DNA from: Dickeya dadantii NCPPB 898
Lineage (GTDB): Bacteria; Pseudomonadota; Gammaproteobacteria; Enterobacterales; Enterobacteriaceae
Direction of reading: 5' to 3'
NCBI RefSeq assembly: GCF_000406145.1
Contig: NZ_CM001976.1
Location: 4,733,677-4,765,676, forward strand
Length of the DNA stretch: 32,000 bases
The position numbers and the translations under genes are program-made. Below are positions 15,336 to 28,759 of this stretch, piece after piece; the first letter of the stretch is position 1, and each line of letters opens with the position of its first letter. The notes beneath the pieces were generated by a model. It did not search any database. It was not told the origin of the DNA and saw only the letters and a list, made by a program, of their open reading frames with translations.

Positions 15336-15468
15336 AGTCGGTATCCGGCAAAGACAGAAAGCGGGATTGTATGAAGAAATGCGCAGCGGTTCGCAACGGT
15401 TTTGAAAATCGGTGCGATAGGTAAAATAACGCGATGTGAAAAAAACGGGTTAACTTTCGGAGCGTTGC

Positions 15469-16383
15469 ATGGAACTGATTTTTCTCGGCACTAACGCCGG
15501 CGTGCCCACCAAAGAGCGCAACGTCACCAGCATCGCGCTCGATCTGCACGGCATTCGCCCGGCATTCTGGCTGTTTGACTGCGGTGAAGGCACCCAGCAC
15601 CAAATTTTGCGCACCCCGGTCAAACCCGGCAAGCTGGAGAAGATTTTCATCACCCATCTGCACGGCGATCATCTGTTCGGGCTGCCCGGCCTGCTTTGCT
15701 CGCGCTCCATGGCAGGCATTGAGACGCCGCTGACGCTCTACGGCCCGGCCGGGCTGAAAGCCTTTGTCGAAGCCACGCTTACGCTGAGCGGTTCCTGGCT
15801 CACTTATCCACTGGAGGTGGTGGAGGTCGTTCCCGGTACGGTGTTTGAAGACCATCAGTTTAGGGTGACGGCGCATGAGCTGTCGCACACCCTGTATTGC
15901 GTGGGATACCGCATTGAAGAGCGCCCCAAACCGGGCCCGCTGGACGTGCGCAAACTGGCGGCGGAGGGCGTCAAACCCGGCGCCTATTTCCAGCAGTTAA
16001 AACGCGGGGAAACCGTGACGCTGGACGACGGGCGGGTGCTGAACGGCTGGGATTACGTCGGCCCCGGCTTGCCGGGCAAGTCGCTGGCGATTTTCGGCGA
16101 CACCCGCCCGACGCCGGAAGCGCTCAAACTGGCCGCCGGCGTCGATGTGATGGTGCATGAAGCCACTCTGGAAGGAGCGATGGCGGAGCGCGCCGACGAG
16201 CGCGGGCATTCCACCACCCTGCAAACCGCCGCCACCGCGCGGGACGCCGGCGCCAAGCGGTTGATCATCACCCATTTTAGCGCCCGCTACGGCCGGGAAG
16301 ATCTGATACGCCTGTGTCAGGAATGTCAGACGCTGTTCCCGGCCACCGAGGTCGCTACCGATCTGGCCACTTTTCGGGTATAG
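15469..16383 (+). CDS. rbn: ribonuclease BN / RNase Z (metallo-beta-lactamase fold, 304 aa)
   Basis: [17 protein letters not shown]...[12 protein letters not shown] and the [19 protein letters not shown] zinc motif match E. coli Rbn/ElaC along the full length. Confidence 0.95.
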   Translation: MELIFLGTNAGVPTKERNVTSIALDLHGIRPAFWLFDCGEGTQHQILRTPVKPGKLEKIFITHLHGDHLFGLPGLLCSRSMAGIETPLTLYGPAGLKAFVEATLTLSGSWLTYPLEVVEVVPGTVFEDHQFRVTAHELSHTLYCVGYRIEERPKPGPLDVRKLAAEGVKPGAYFQQLKRGETVTLDDGRVLNGWDYVGPGLPGKSLAIFGDTRPTPEALKLAAGVDVMVHEATLEGAMAERADERGHSTTLQTAATARDAGAKRLIITHFSARYGREDLIRLCQECQTLFPATEVATDLATFRV

Positions 16384-16395
16384 CGCCGGGCAGCG

Positions 16396-16422
16396 CTAAG
16401 CACCTATTGAATAGGTGCTTAG
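16396..16422. terminator. palindromic hairpin between convergent rbn and rlmJ
   Basis: ctaagcacctatt-g-aataggtgcttag is a 12-13 bp stem. No U-tract; function inferred from position. Confidence 0.45.
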
Positions 16423-16441
16423 AGCCAATATAGAAAAGGGT

Positions 16442-17284
16442 TTATTCCGGCACCACCCACTCAACGCGCGTGTGGCCGGTGCCGGCAGGCACCAGTGCCT
16501 GATGCAGCCACGGCAGCACGCTTTTCATTTGGGATTCCAGCTTCCACGGCGGGTTGATGACAATCATGCCGGAGGCGGTCATACCGTGACGATCGCTGTC
16601 CGGCAGCACCGCCAGTTCGATTTGCAGGATACGGCGGATACCGGTGTCTTCCAGGTCTTTGAGCAGGCGCTTGATGTGCTGGCGCAGCACCACCGGATAC
16701 CACAGCGCGAACACGCCGGTAGCAAAGCGGCGATAGCCTTCCTGAATGCCTTTCACCACCGCCTGATAATCGGTTTTCAGTTCATACGGCGGGTCGATCA
16801 GAATCAATCCGCGGCGCGACGGCGGCGGCAACTGGGCCTTCAACTGCTGGTAACCGTCTTCACGTATCACCCGCGCCCGGTCGTCACGCAGAAATTCCTG
16901 ACGCAGCAGCGGAAAATCGCTGGGGTGCAGCTCGGTGAGATGAATTTTGTCATGCTCGCGCAGCAACTGGCGGGCAATCAGCGGCGAGCCGGGGTAATAG
17001 CGCAGCCTGTCGCCGGAATTATAGGAACGCACCACTTGCATGTACGGCTCCAGTTCCGCCGGAATGTCATCCCGCTGCCAGATGCGGCCAATGCCGTCGA
17101 GGTACTCGCCGGTGCGCTCGGCGTGTTCGCTCTGCAGCTGATAACGGCCCGCGCCGGAGTGCGTATCCAGATACAGGAACGGTTTGTCCTTCTCTTTCAT
17201 CGCGGTAATGATCAGGCTTTGGACGGTGTGTTTCAGCACGTCGGCATGATTGCCGGCATGAAAACTGTGGCGATAACTCAGCAT
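16442..17284 (-). CDS. rlmJ: 23S rRNA (adenine2030-N6)-methyltransferase (280 aa)
   Basis: From the ATG at 17284 the product MLSYRHSFHAGNHADVLKHTVQSLII...VPE is colinear with E. coli RlmJ (YhiR). The 7-codon upstream extension in the ORF track is not conserved. Confidence 0.93.
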   Translation of the reverse strand: MLSYRHSFHAGNHADVLKHTVQSLIITAMKEKDKPFLYLDTHSGAGRYQLQSEHAERTGEYLDGIGRIWQRDDIPAELEPYMQVVRSYNSGDRLRYYPGSPLIARQLLREHDKIHLTELHPSDFPLLRQEFLRDDRARVIREDGYQQLKAQLPPPSRRGLILIDPPYELKTDYQAVVKGIQEGYRRFATGVFALWYPVVLRQHIKRLLKDLEDTGIRRILQIELAVLPDSDRHGMTASGMIVINPPWKLESQMKSVLPWLHQALVPAGTGHTRVEWVVPE

Positions 17285-17335
17285 AAAGTGTGGATTTCCG
17301 GTCAATGAGGGCGCGTTTGCCGCTAATCGCCATAG

Positions 17336-17354
17336 TATACCCTAAATAATTCGA
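17336..17354. repeat. isolated ERIC left-terminus fragment (19 nt)
   Basis: tataccctaaataattcga is identical to 9416-9434. The rest of the element is absent. Confidence 0.6.
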
Positions 17355-17470
17355 ACGGTTAGCGCCGCAAAATACCCCAACAATCACCGCTATCCGCTAC
17401 GGGATAGTGCAATAACCGACCTTTTTCGTTATATAATAATTTATATATCGAAAACCCGGAAACGACCTTC

Positions 17471-17755
17471 ATGAAAAACCACTTTGGCGACGGTATTCTG
17501 GCAGGGTTGCAAGCCTCCACGCCGCAATCGATGAGCGACATCCGTCATTACTGCGATGATTACCGCCGCGGCTATGTCTGCGGTTACGCCCATCAACGGG
17601 CCTCGCTGCGGGGCAGACAACAGGCCGCGTTCGAAGCCGGGCAATTGTGCCGCCGTTACGGGCTGATGCGCGATATCGTGGCGGAGTTCTTTACCGACGT
17701 CAGCAACCCGTCGCTGGTGGCATGGTTTTACGCCGGTTATAACCAGTCGCCCTGA
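17471..17755 (+). CDS. small conserved protein, YghW/DUF2623-like (94 aa)
   Basis: The pattern M.NHFG.G..AGL.A...YC.DY.RG.V.GY.H...EAG...RRYGL...FF...F.AGY matches my recollection of E. coli YghW. A TATAAT-like hexamer lies about 35 nt upstream. The antisense 120-aa ORF has no recognisable features. Confidence 0.55.
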   Translation: MKNHFGDGILAGLQASTPQSMSDIRHYCDDYRRGYVCGYAHQRASLRGRQQAAFEAGQLCRRYGLMRDIVAEFFTDVSNPSLVAWFYAGYNQSP

Positions 17756-17823
17756 GTCCTCTCGCCTGTACTGCGATGAATAACGCTTTTTTCCGGTCGG
17801 CATGGCGCGGTTATACCCCGGCC

Positions 17824-17852
17824 ATTGATTTTCCCCGCGTTACCCCCCATGT
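17824..17852 (+). promoter_or_regulatory. sigma32 (heat-shock)-type promoter candidate for prlC
   Basis: ATTGATT (-35-like, 17824-17830), a 14-nt spacer, then CCCCATGT (17845-17852), which fits the CCCCATNT -10 consensus. It ends 34 nt before the prlC ATG. E. coli prlC is a known RpoH regulon member. Confidence 0.45.
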
Positions 17853-17885
17853 TAAGTCATCATCACTACATTTCAGGACTGTGCC

Positions 17886-19928
17886 ATGACCAATCCATTA
17901 CTTTCCTCGTTTACCCTGCCGCCGTTCTCCCAGATCCAGATTGAACACATCCTCCCTGCCGTGCAGGCCGCGCTGGACGACTGTCGTCAGACCGTCGAGC
18001 ACGTGGTGGCGCAGCCGGGTCCGTTCACCTGGGATAACCTGTGTCAGCCGTTAGCGGAAAGTGATGATCGGCTGGGGCGGATTTTCTCGCCGGTCAGCCA
18101 CCTGAATTCGGTCAAAAACAGCCCGGAACTGCGCAGCGCCTATGAACAGTGCCTGCCGCTGCTGTCCGAATACGGCACCTGGGTGGGCCAGCACGCCGGG
18201 TTGTACCGTGCCTACCGCGACCTGCGCGACGGCGAGCATTACGCCGGCCTGAGCGTGGCGCAAAAAAAAGCGGTGGATAACGCCCTGCGCGACTTCGAAC
18301 TGTCCGGAATTGCATTGCCGCCGGAACAACAGAAACGCTACGGCGACATCGCTTCCCGTCTGTCCGAACTGGGTTCGCAATTCAGCAACAATGTGCTGGA
18401 CGCCACCATGGGCTGGACCAAACTGATCACCGACGTCAACGAACTGGCCGGTATGCCGGAAAGCGCCCTGGCGGCCGCCAACGCGCTGGCGGAAGCCAAA
18501 GAGCAGCAGGGCTGGCTGTTGACGCTGGATATTCCGAGTTACCTGCCGGTAATGACCTACTGTTCCAATCAGGCGCTGCGCGAAGAGATGTACCGCGCCT
18601 ACGTGACCCGCGCGTCCGAGCAAGGCCCGAACGCCGGTAAGTGGGACAACGGCGAGGTGATGGCGGAAACGCTGGCGCTGCGCCATGAACTGGCGCAATT
18701 GCTGGGCTTCGCCAGCTTCGCCGACAAATCGCTGGCCACCAAAATGGCGGAAAACCCGCAGCAGGTGCTGGACTTCCTGACCGATCTGGCCAAACGCGCC
18801 CGTCCGCAAGGGGAGCAGGAGCTGGCGCAACTGCGCGCGTTCGCCAAAGAACATTTCGGCGTCGAAGAGTTGAACCCGTGGGACATCAGCTACTACGCCG
18901 AACAGCAGAAACAGCACCTGTATTCCATCAGCGATGAACTGCTGCGCCCCTACTTCCCGGAACCGCGCGTACTGGAAGGGCTGTTCGAGGTGGTGAAACG
19001 CATCTACGGCATCACCGCCAAAGAGCGTCAGGGCGTCGACGTCTGGCATCCGGAAGTGCGTTTCTTCGACCTGTTCAGCGACAGCGGCGAATTGCTGGGC
19101 AGCTTCTACCTTGATCTGTACGCCCGCGAGCACAAACGCGGCGGCGCCTGGATGGACGACTGCGTCGGCCGTCTGGGTAAAGCCAACGGCGAGCTGCAAA
19201 AACCGGTGGCCTACCTGACCTGTAACTTCAACCGCCCGATCAACGGCAAACCGGCGCTGTTTACCCACGACGAAGTCACCACCCTGTTCCACGAATTCGG
19301 TCACGGGTTGCACCACATGCTGACCCGCATCGACACCGCCGGGGTATCCGGCATCAACGGCGTGCCGTGGGACGCCGTCGAACTGCCGAGTCAGTTCATG
19401 GAAAACTGGTGTTGGGAGCCGGACGCGCTGGCGTTCATTTCCGGTCACTACGAAACCGGCGAGCCGCTGCCGCAGGCGATGCTGGACAAGATGCTGGCGG
19501 CCAAGAATTATCAGGCGGCGCTGTTCATCCTGCGTCAGCTGGAATTCGGCCTGTTCGATTTCCGCCTGCACGCCGGTTATGACCCGGCCAACGGCGCGCG
19601 CGTGCTGGAGACGCTGGCGGAGGTGAAAGCGCAGGTTTCCGTGGTGAAAAGCCCGGAATGGAACCGCTTCACGCACTCCTTCAGCCACATCTTCGCCGGC
19701 GGTTACGCCGCGGGTTACTACAGCTACCTGTGGGCCGACGTGCTGGCGGCGGATGCCTTCTCCCGCTTTGAAGAGGAAGGCATTTTTAACCGCGACACCG
19801 GCTTGTCGTTCCTGGAGAACATTCTGTCCCGCGGCGGCTCTGAAGAGCCGATGGTGCTGTTCAAACGCTTCCGCGGTCGTGAACCCAAACTGGACGCCAT
19901 GCTGAAACACTACGGCATCCAGGAATGA
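17886..19928 (+). CDS. prlC: oligopeptidase A (M3 zinc metallopeptidase, 680 aa)
   Basis: Colinear with E. coli PrlC/OpdA from MTNPLL onward. The HEFGHGLHH zinc-binding motif is present. Confidence 0.97.
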   Translation: MTNPLLSSFTLPPFSQIQIEHILPAVQAALDDCRQTVEHVVAQPGPFTWDNLCQPLAESDDRLGRIFSPVSHLNSVKNSPELRSAYEQCLPLLSEYGTWVGQHAGLYRAYRDLRDGEHYAGLSVAQKKAVDNALRDFELSGIALPPEQQKRYGDIASRLSELGSQFSNNVLDATMGWTKLITDVNELAGMPESALAAANALAEAKEQQGWLLTLDIPSYLPVMTYCSNQALREEMYRAYVTRASEQGPNAGKWDNGEVMAETLALRHELAQLLGFASFADKSLATKMAENPQQVLDFLTDLAKRARPQGEQELAQLRAFAKEHFGVEELNPWDISYYAEQQKQHLYSISDELLRPYFPEPRVLEGLFEVVKRIYGITAKERQGVDVWHPEVRFFDLFSDSGELLGSFYLDLYAREHKRGGAWMDDCVGRLGKANGELQKPVAYLTCNFNRPINGKPALFTHDEVTTLFHEFGHGLHHMLTRIDTAGVSGINGVPWDAVELPSQFMENWCWEPDALAFISGHYETGEPLPQAMLDKMLAAKNYQAALFILRQLEFGLFDFRLHAGYDPANGARVLETLAEVKAQVSVVKSPEWNRFTHSFSHIFAGGYAAGYYSYLWADVLAADAFSRFEEEGIFNRDTGLSFLENILSRGGSEEPMVLFKRFRGREPKLDAMLKHYGIQE

Positions 19929-20677
19929 GGATTGGTTTACTGACCGAAGCCGGTGCCGACCCCGAGGCGCTGGCGGTACTGGCCCGGCGCTGGGGGCTGG
20001 AGAATGACGCCGCCGCATCGCTGGCGCTGGTGCTCACTCCCGAACGGCTGGAATTGCGTAAATGCGACGAACCCAAGCTGGGCGCCATCTGTGTGGATTT
20101 CGCCGCCGGCGCGATGGCGCACCGTCGCCGTTTCGGCGGCGGACGCGGCGAAGCGGTCGCCAAAGCGGTCGGTATTAAAAAGGACTACCTGCCCGACGTG
20201 GTGGATGCCACCGCCGGCCTTGGCCGCGACGCCTTTGTGCTGGCGGCGCTCGGTTGCCGGGTACGGATGGTGGAACGTCACCCGGTGGTCGCCGCACTGC
20301 TGGATGATGGCTTGCAGCGCGGCTATCAGGACCCGGAAATCGGCGGCTGGCTGCGTGAGCGCCTGACGCTGGTGCATGCATCCAGCATTGACGCGTTGTC
20401 CGCCATCACCCCGCCGCCGGACGTGGTCTACCTCGACCCGATGTTTCCCCACCGCCAGAAAAGCGCGCTGGTGAAAAAGGAAATGCGGGTATTCCAGACG
20501 CTGGTCGGCGCCGACAATGACGCCGATGCCCTGCTGGCGCCGGCGCGCCGTCTGGCGAAAAAGCGGGTGGTGGTCAAACGCCCGGACTACGCGCCGCCGC
20601 TGGCAGGCGTGCCCGCCCAGTCGGCGCTGGAAACCAAAAGCCACCGGTTTGATTTTTATCTGCCGCTGACGGAGTAA
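19925..20677 (+). CDS. rsmJ: 16S rRNA (guanine1516-N2)-methyltransferase (250 aa)
   Basis: ATGA start/stop overlap with prl[37 protein letters not shown] and [22 protein letters not shown] match E. coli RsmJ (YhiQ). Confidence 0.95.
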   Translation: MRIGLLTEAGADPEALAVLARRWGLENDAAASLALVLTPERLELRKCDEPKLGAICVDFAAGAMAHRRRFGGGRGEAVAKAVGIKKDYLPDVVDATAGLGRDAFVLAALGCRVRMVERHPVVAALLDDGLQRGYQDPEIGGWLRERLTLVHASSIDALSAITPPPDVVYLDPMFPHRQKSALVKKEMRVFQTLVGADNDADALLAPARRLAKKRVVVKRPDYAPPLAGVPAQSALETKSHRFDFYLPLTE

Positions 20678-20871
20678 CACCCGGTTCTGGCTGCACTTTT
20701 TAACAGCAGCAGCCAGATGCCTTGCTTTCCGCCATCGACCGCCCTGTTACATCCTTTCTAATTTTAAACCCCTCGACTTAAAAGATAGACGGCTAACCGT
20801 TCTGGCGATATGTTAACCTTATTGCTGAATCCGTCCTTGCGCGCCCGCGCATTCAATCTATTAAAATAACG

Positions 20872-22056
20872 ATGAAAACAAATAAGTTACCACTACTGGC
20901 GCAGGTTTCCGCCGCTCACTGGGTTAGTCATTTTCACATGATGGTGCTGCCGGCGCTGATGCCGCTGATCTCCGCGCAGCGCGGCATCAGTTATGTGGAA
21001 ATCGGTGTTGCTCTGGGCGTGTTCAACGTTGTTTCCGCTCTTGTGCAGACGCCGATCGGCTTTGCCGTCGACCGCATCGGGCCGCGCCGCACGCTGATTG
21101 CCGGGTTGACGCTGGGTAGCCTGTGCTTTTTGTCGCTCGGCCTGTTTACCAGCTACAGCTGGATGCTGATCGCCATGGCGCTGGCGGGGCTGGCCAACGC
21201 GGTCTACCACCCGTCCGATTACGCACTGTTGTCGCGTGGCATCGCGGAAAATCGGATGGGGCGCGCCTTCTCGGTCCATACCTTTTCCGGCTTCCTCGGC
21301 ACCGCCGTCGCGCCAGCCATTCTGCTGGCGGTGGCGTCCGTCACCAGCATCGAATTCGCGTTTGTACTGTCCGGGATATTCGGGCTGCTGACCGTGCCGA
21401 TGCTGTTGGGCGAACGGGAAACGCTCCCCTCCGCCGCCGCACAGAATAAGCACAGCCAGGTGCCGAAGGTAGCGGTGTTCACTCTGCCGATTCTGTCGCT
21501 GCTGGTGCTGTTCATGCTGCTCAACCTCAGCACCAACTCGATTCAGAATTTCTCGGTTACCGCACTGGTGAACGGTTACGGTATGCCGCTGACCGAAGCC
21601 AACCTGGCGCTGACCGCGTTTCTGTTTACCAGCGCGTTTGGCGTGCTGGCGGGCGGCTCGCTGGCGGATAAAACCCGGCATCACGGTATGGTCGCCACTG
21701 GCTCGCTGGTCATCACCGCCGTGCTGGTCGCCATCGTGGCGATGTATACGCTGCCGTCGCTGGCGACCATCCTGATTCTGGCCGTCGCCGGTTTTCTTTC
21801 CGGTATTATCGCGCCATCGCGGGATATGCTGGTGCGCAACGCTTCCCCGGCCGGCGCCGAAGGTCGGGTGTTCGGCGTGGTCACCACCGGTTTCAATATC
21901 GGCGGCGCCGGCGGCCCGGTGGTATTTGGCTGGCTGCTGGATCAGGGTCATCCGTCCGCCATTTTCTGGTCGGCGGTGATATTTATGGTGATTACCGCCG
22001 TGATGGCGCTGGCGCAGGAACTGTACAGCACCCGGCAGCGGGCGCTGGCCGCATAA
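20872..22056 (+). CDS. MFS transporter (394 aa, substrate unknown)
   Basis: About 12 hydrophobic segments. An MFS-type loop motif GFAVDRIGPRR lies between TM2 and TM3. The long antisense ORF 20893-21951 is a GC-bias shadow. Confidence 0.85.
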   Translation: MKTNKLPLLAQVSAAHWVSHFHMMVLPALMPLISAQRGISYVEIGVALGVFNVVSALVQTPIGFAVDRIGPRRTLIAGLTLGSLCFLSLGLFTSYSWMLIAMALAGLANAVYHPSDYALLSRGIAENRMGRAFSVHTFSGFLGTAVAPAILLAVASVTSIEFAFVLSGIFGLLTVPMLLGERETLPSAAAQNKHSQVPKVAVFTLPILSLLVLFMLLNLSTNSIQNFSVTALVNGYGMPLTEANLALTAFLFTSAFGVLAGGSLADKTRHHGMVATGSLVITAVLVAIVAMYTLPSLATILILAVAGFLSGIIAPSRDMLVRNASPAGAEGRVFGVVTTGFNIGGAGGPVVFGWLLDQGHPSAIFWSAVIFMVITAVMALAQELYSTRQRALAA

Positions 22057-22067
22057 GAAATATGGGG

Positions 22068-22105
22068 TTCAAAAAGCAGAAACCCGCGTCTGACGCGGGT
22101 TTCTG
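22068..22105 (-). terminator. rho-independent terminator of gyrB (may also stop the convergent MFS gene)
   Basis: 13-bp stem cagaaacccgcgt / acgcgggtttctg with a 3-nt loop, followed on the minus strand by GCTTTTTG. Confidence 0.8.
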
Positions 22106-22134
22106 TAGGTCACAATCAGACGGAAAACCGCCGA

Positions 22135-25649
<3,515 letters not shown>

Positions 25650-25701
25650 GTCACAACCATTCTGCTTGATTTCTTGCCCATGCCGGACGTTTTTGCATTC
25701 C

Positions 25702-25737
25702 CAACGTTGCACTCTCAACCAACGTTGCACTTTCAAC
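25702..25737. repeat. 18-bp tandem duplication, each unit carrying the palindrome CAACGTTG, in the dnaN-recF spacer
   Basis: caacgttgcactctcaac (25702-25719) and caacgttgcactttcaac (25720-25737), 17/18 identical. Confidence 0.9.
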
Positions 25738-25755
25738 GCCGTCCTGCCGATAACA

Positions 25756-25783
25756 ACACGCCGCACCTGATGGCGCGGCGTGT
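25756..25783 (-). terminator. GC-rich hairpin 35 nt downstream of the dnaN stop (possible attenuator before recF)
   Basis: acacgccgc / gcggcgtgt 9-bp stem with a 10-nt loop. The minus-strand tail TGTTATCGG is only weakly U-rich. Confidence 0.3.
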
Positions 25784-25817
25784 GAAACGGGCAAACGCGG
25801 ACGCCCGCCGCTCGGGA

Positions 25818-26918
25818 TTACAGACGCATCGGCATGACCACGTAGGCCGCCGCCTGACTGGCCGCATCCTCAATCTGGACGCTGGATACCGAATCGGTCA
25901 GCAGCAGACGCACGTCTTCGCATTTCAGCGCGTTGAGCACATCCAGCACATAGCTGACGTTAAAACCGATTTCCATCTCCGTACCGCCGTATTCCACATC
26001 CAGAATCTCTTCCGCCTCTTCCTGTTCCGGATTGTTGGCGGTGATCCGCAACTGGTTCTGGTTCAGGTACAGCCGCACGCCGCGGAATTTCTCGTTCGAC
26101 AGGATCGCCGCACGGGAGAACGCCTGACGCAGCAGGTCGCAGCTTGCTTCCAGCGTCTTGTCCGGATTTTTCGGCAGCACGCGGCGGTAATCCGGGAAAC
26201 GGCCATCCACCAGTTTGGAGGTAAAGATAAAATCGCCGACATGGGCGCGGATATTATTGCTGCCGATCTGCAACTGCAGCGGCGTATCGCCGCCATCCAG
26301 CAGACGCACCAGCTCCATCACCCCTTTACGCGGCACGATCACCGAATGCGACGGCAGCGACTGCCCGACCGGCATGGAGCACACCGCCAGACGGTGACCG
26401 TCGGTCGCCACGGTGCGCAGCTCTTCGCCGCCGGTTTCGAACAGCATGCCGTTGAGGTAGTAACGCACATCCTGATGCGCCATCGAGAACTGGGTGGCTT
26501 CGATCAGGCGTTTCAGCGTCGCCTGCGGCAAGGTGAACTCCACCTCGCTTTGCCAGTCGTCCAGATTGGGGAAGTCCGCCGCCGGCAGCGTGGACAAGGA
26601 GAAACGGCTACGCCCGGAGCGCACCAGCATCCGATCCCCTTCCAGCGTAACGGAAATCTCCGCGCCGTCCGGCAGACCACGGCAAATATCGAACAGCTTG
26701 CGGGCCGGAACGGTAGTCGCGCCCGGTTCATGGGGCTGCGTCAGCGCCAGATGCGCCACCATCTCCATTTCCAGATCGGTACCGGTCAGCGATAACCGGC
26801 CTTCGCTGACCTGCAACAACAGGTTGCCCAGAATCGGCAACGTCGGTCGCCCGCCCAGCGGGCTGCTGACCTGTTGCAACGGTTTTAACAGATGCTCACG
26901 CTCAACGATAAATTTCAT
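25818..26918 (-). CDS. dnaN: DNA polymerase III beta sliding clamp (366 aa)
   Basis: MKF.VEREHLLKPLQQVS.PLGGRPTLPILGNLLLQV ... AAYVVMPMRL is colinear with E. coli DnaN. Confidence 0.98.
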   Translation of the reverse strand: MKFIVEREHLLKPLQQVSSPLGGRPTLPILGNLLLQVSEGRLSLTGTDLEMEMVAHLALTQPHEPGATTVPARKLFDICRGLPDGAEISVTLEGDRMLVRSGRSRFSLSTLPAADFPNLDDWQSEVEFTLPQATLKRLIEATQFSMAHQDVRYYLNGMLFETGGEELRTVATDGHRLAVCSMPVGQSLPSHSVIVPRKGVMELVRLLDGGDTPLQLQIGSNNIRAHVGDFIFTSKLVDGRFPDYRRVLPKNPDKTLEASCDLLRQAFSRAAILSNEKFRGVRLYLNQNQLRITANNPEQEEAEEILDVEYGGTEMEIGFNVSYVLDVLNALKCEDVRLLLTDSVSSVQIEDAASQAAAYVVMPMRL

Positions 26919-26922
26919 GATG

Positions 26923-28311
26923 TTATGAGGATAAGGTTCGGATTAAATTGGAAAAATCTTCTTTGATGTCGTGACTTTCCTCGCGCAGCTGCTCGATTTT
27001 GCGGCAGGCATGCAACACGGTGGTATGGTCACGGCCACCGAACGCGTCGCCGATCTCCGGCAGGCTGTGGTTGGTCAGCTCTTTGGCCAGCGCCATCGCC
27101 ATCTGACGCGGACGGGCCACCGAACGTGAACGCCGTTTGGACAACAGGTCGGCCACTTTAATCTTATAGTACTCCGCCACCGTCTTCTGAATATTGTCGA
27201 TGGTGACCAGTTTTTCCTGCAACGCCAGCAGGTCGCGCAGCGCTTCGCGCACAAAATCGATGGTGATCGACCGGCCGGTGAAATTGGCGTTGGCGATCAC
27301 GCGGTTCAGCGCGCCTTCCAGCTCACGCACGTTGGAACGCAGACGCTTGGCGATAAAAAACGCCACTTCGCCCGGCAGGCGGATATCGTTTTCGTCCGCC
27401 TTCTTCATCAGGATCGCCACGCGGGTTTCCAGCTCCGGCGGCTCGATCGCGACGGTCAACCCCCAGCCGAAGCGGGACTTGAGACGATCTTCCACCCCGT
27501 TGATCTCTTTAGGGTAACGATCCGACGTCAGGATGATCTGTTGGTTGCCTTCCAACAACGCGTTGAAAGTGTGGAAAAACTCTTCCTGCGAACGCTCTTT
27601 ATTGGCAAAAAATTGGATGTCATCGATCAGCAGTGCGTCTACCGAGCGGTAATAGCGTTTGAATTCTTCGATGGCGTTATTCTGCAACGCCTTAACCATA
27701 TCCTGCACGAAACGCTCGGAGTGCATGTACACCACTTTGGCATTCGGCTTGCGAGCGATAATGCCATTGCCCACCGCGTGCAGCAGGTGGGTTTTACCCA
27801 GACCGGTGCCGCCGTACAGGAACAACGGATTGTAGGCTCCGCCGGGATTGTCCGCCACCTGACGCGCCGCCGCGCGGGCCAATTGGTTGGACTTACCTTC
27901 CACGAAGTTGTCGAAGGTGTGCTTGGGGTTCACGTTGGAGCGATAGGTGTGCTCGGCCGGCGCCGCAGGGGTTTCCCAGCTCGGACGCACCGGCGAGGCG
28001 GCGCGCGCCTGAGGCGCGGGTGCGGCGGCGCTGTGGTGGCCGGTTGACACAACAACAGGCGTCATCGGCTTGCTGCCGACTTCAAAACGCAGCAACGGCG
28101 CATCCATGCCGCAGAAATCATTCAACAGTCCATTGATATTATTGATGTATTTATCGCGTACCCAATCCAGTACAAAACGATTCGGGGCGTAAAGCGCCAG
28201 AGTGTTGTCACTCAGTTCCGCCTGTAACGGGCGTATCCACATACTGAATTCTGTGGCAGGTAACTCATCCTGCAAACGGGCAAGACACTGCTGCCAAAGC
28301 GAAAGTGACAC
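26923..28311 (-). CDS. dnaA: chromosomal replication initiator protein DnaA (462 aa)
   Basis: GTG start at 28311 gives [32 protein letters not shown]..., as in E. coli (which also uses GTG). Walker [12 protein letters not shown] is present, and the C-terminal DNA-binding domain ends ...[11 protein letters not shown]. The 10-codon upstream extension in the ORF track is not conserved. Confidence 0.97.
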   Translation of the reverse strand: MSLSLWQQCLARLQDELPATEFSMWIRPLQAELSDNTLALYAPNRFVLDWVRDKYINNINGLLNDFCGMDAPLLRFEVGSKPMTPVVVSTGHHSAAAPAPQARAASPVRPSWETPAAPAEHTYRSNVNPKHTFDNFVEGKSNQLARAAARQVADNPGGAYNPLFLYGGTGLGKTHLLHAVGNGIIARKPNAKVVYMHSERFVQDMVKALQNNAIEEFKRYYRSVDALLIDDIQFFANKERSQEEFFHTFNALLEGNQQIILTSDRYPKEINGVEDRLKSRFGWGLTVAIEPPELETRVAILMKKADENDIRLPGEVAFFIAKRLRSNVRELEGALNRVIANANFTGRSITIDFVREALRDLLALQEKLVTIDNIQKTVAEYYKIKVADLLSKRRSRSVARPRQMAMALAKELTNHSLPEIGDAFGGRDHTTVLHACRKIEQLREESHDIKEDFSNLIRTLSS

Positions 28312-28448
28312 GGCGGACTCCACTCGAACAAGGTCAATCAAGAAAAGGAACAGACGTTAGTTATGTAACTCATGATTTTCAGGCACCCGGCTACGCATGG
28401 ATACGGCTGCGCCGGGGTGCGCCGCGCGGAAAGCGGCTTTACCGTGAC

Positions 28449-28710
28449 GATCCCGATCCAGGGATCGCTAGCGGGACGGCGGATCATAACCTAAACCACG
28501 CCAGAGATCTCCCCTTTCTACACAGTTTTGATCCTTTTTATCCACAGGCTCTTCTTATAGTATGCGCCAACTCCGGCTTTCCATACGGGCCATCCGTGCG
28601 GTTACCCACAACCCGCCCGTGGATCTCAAAAAGGTCTTAAGCATAAACGTAATCGGCACGATCAGTGGTGACGCGGATCATGATCCCGCCGACAGGATCG
28701 TGGGCGGATC
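28449..28710. promoter_or_regulatory. dnaA promoter/autoregulation region with a dense GATC (Dam/SeqA) cluster
   Basis: 12 GATC sites at 28449, 28455, 28463, 28482, 28506, 28530, 28622, 28660, 28676, 28682, 28696 and 28707. About one would be expected by chance in this length. Confidence 0.75.
28538..28546 (+). promoter_or_regulatory. consensus DnaA box TTATCCACA
   Basis: Exact 9/9 match to the R-box consensus, about 230 bp upstream of the dnaA start and flanked by GATC sites. A one-mismatch box TTACCCACA lies at 28602-28610. Confidence 0.75.
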
Positions 28711-28711
28711 C

Positions 28712-28739
28712 TTGCGCTTTATTGTAGAGTCCGTATAAT
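28712..28739 (+). promoter_or_regulatory. sigma70 promoter (distal rpmH promoter candidate)
   Basis: TTGCGC, 16 nt, TATAAT (28734-28739). Confidence 0.6.
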
Positions 28740-28759
28740 TCCCAGCCTGCGCGTAGCGC

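Noticed and set aside
17441-17803. 120-aa minus-strand ORF overlapping the YghW-like gene
   Set aside because: The plus-strand 94-aa product matches a known conserved small-protein family pattern and has a promoter-like TATAAT upstream. The minus-strand product has none of these.
18051-20018. 655-aa ORF on the minus strand spanning prlC and rsmJ
   Set aside because: It lies antisense to two genes with unambiguous full-length homology. The product is Arg/Gly/Ala/Val-rich low-complexity sequence typical of shadow frames in GC-rich coding DNA, and it has no RBS or motif.
20687-20716. Hairpin ctggctgc-N14-gcagccag after rsmJ as a terminator
   Set aside because: The stem is only 8 bp, the loop is 14 nt, and there is no U-tract. 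This is too weak to call.
25650-25766. 39-codon N-terminal extension of recF (ORF-track start 25766)
   Set aside because: The start codon would be a GTG inside the spacer hairpin. The extension is not homologous to RecF and merely translates the tandem repeat. The conserved RecF N-terminus MALTRLLI begins at 25649.
28312-28341. 10-codon extension of dnaA, and the 7-codon extension of rlmJ at 17285-17305
   Set aside because: The conserved N-termini (VSLSLWQQC with GTG as in E. coli; MLSYRHSFHAGN) start downstream, and the extensions are not conserved.
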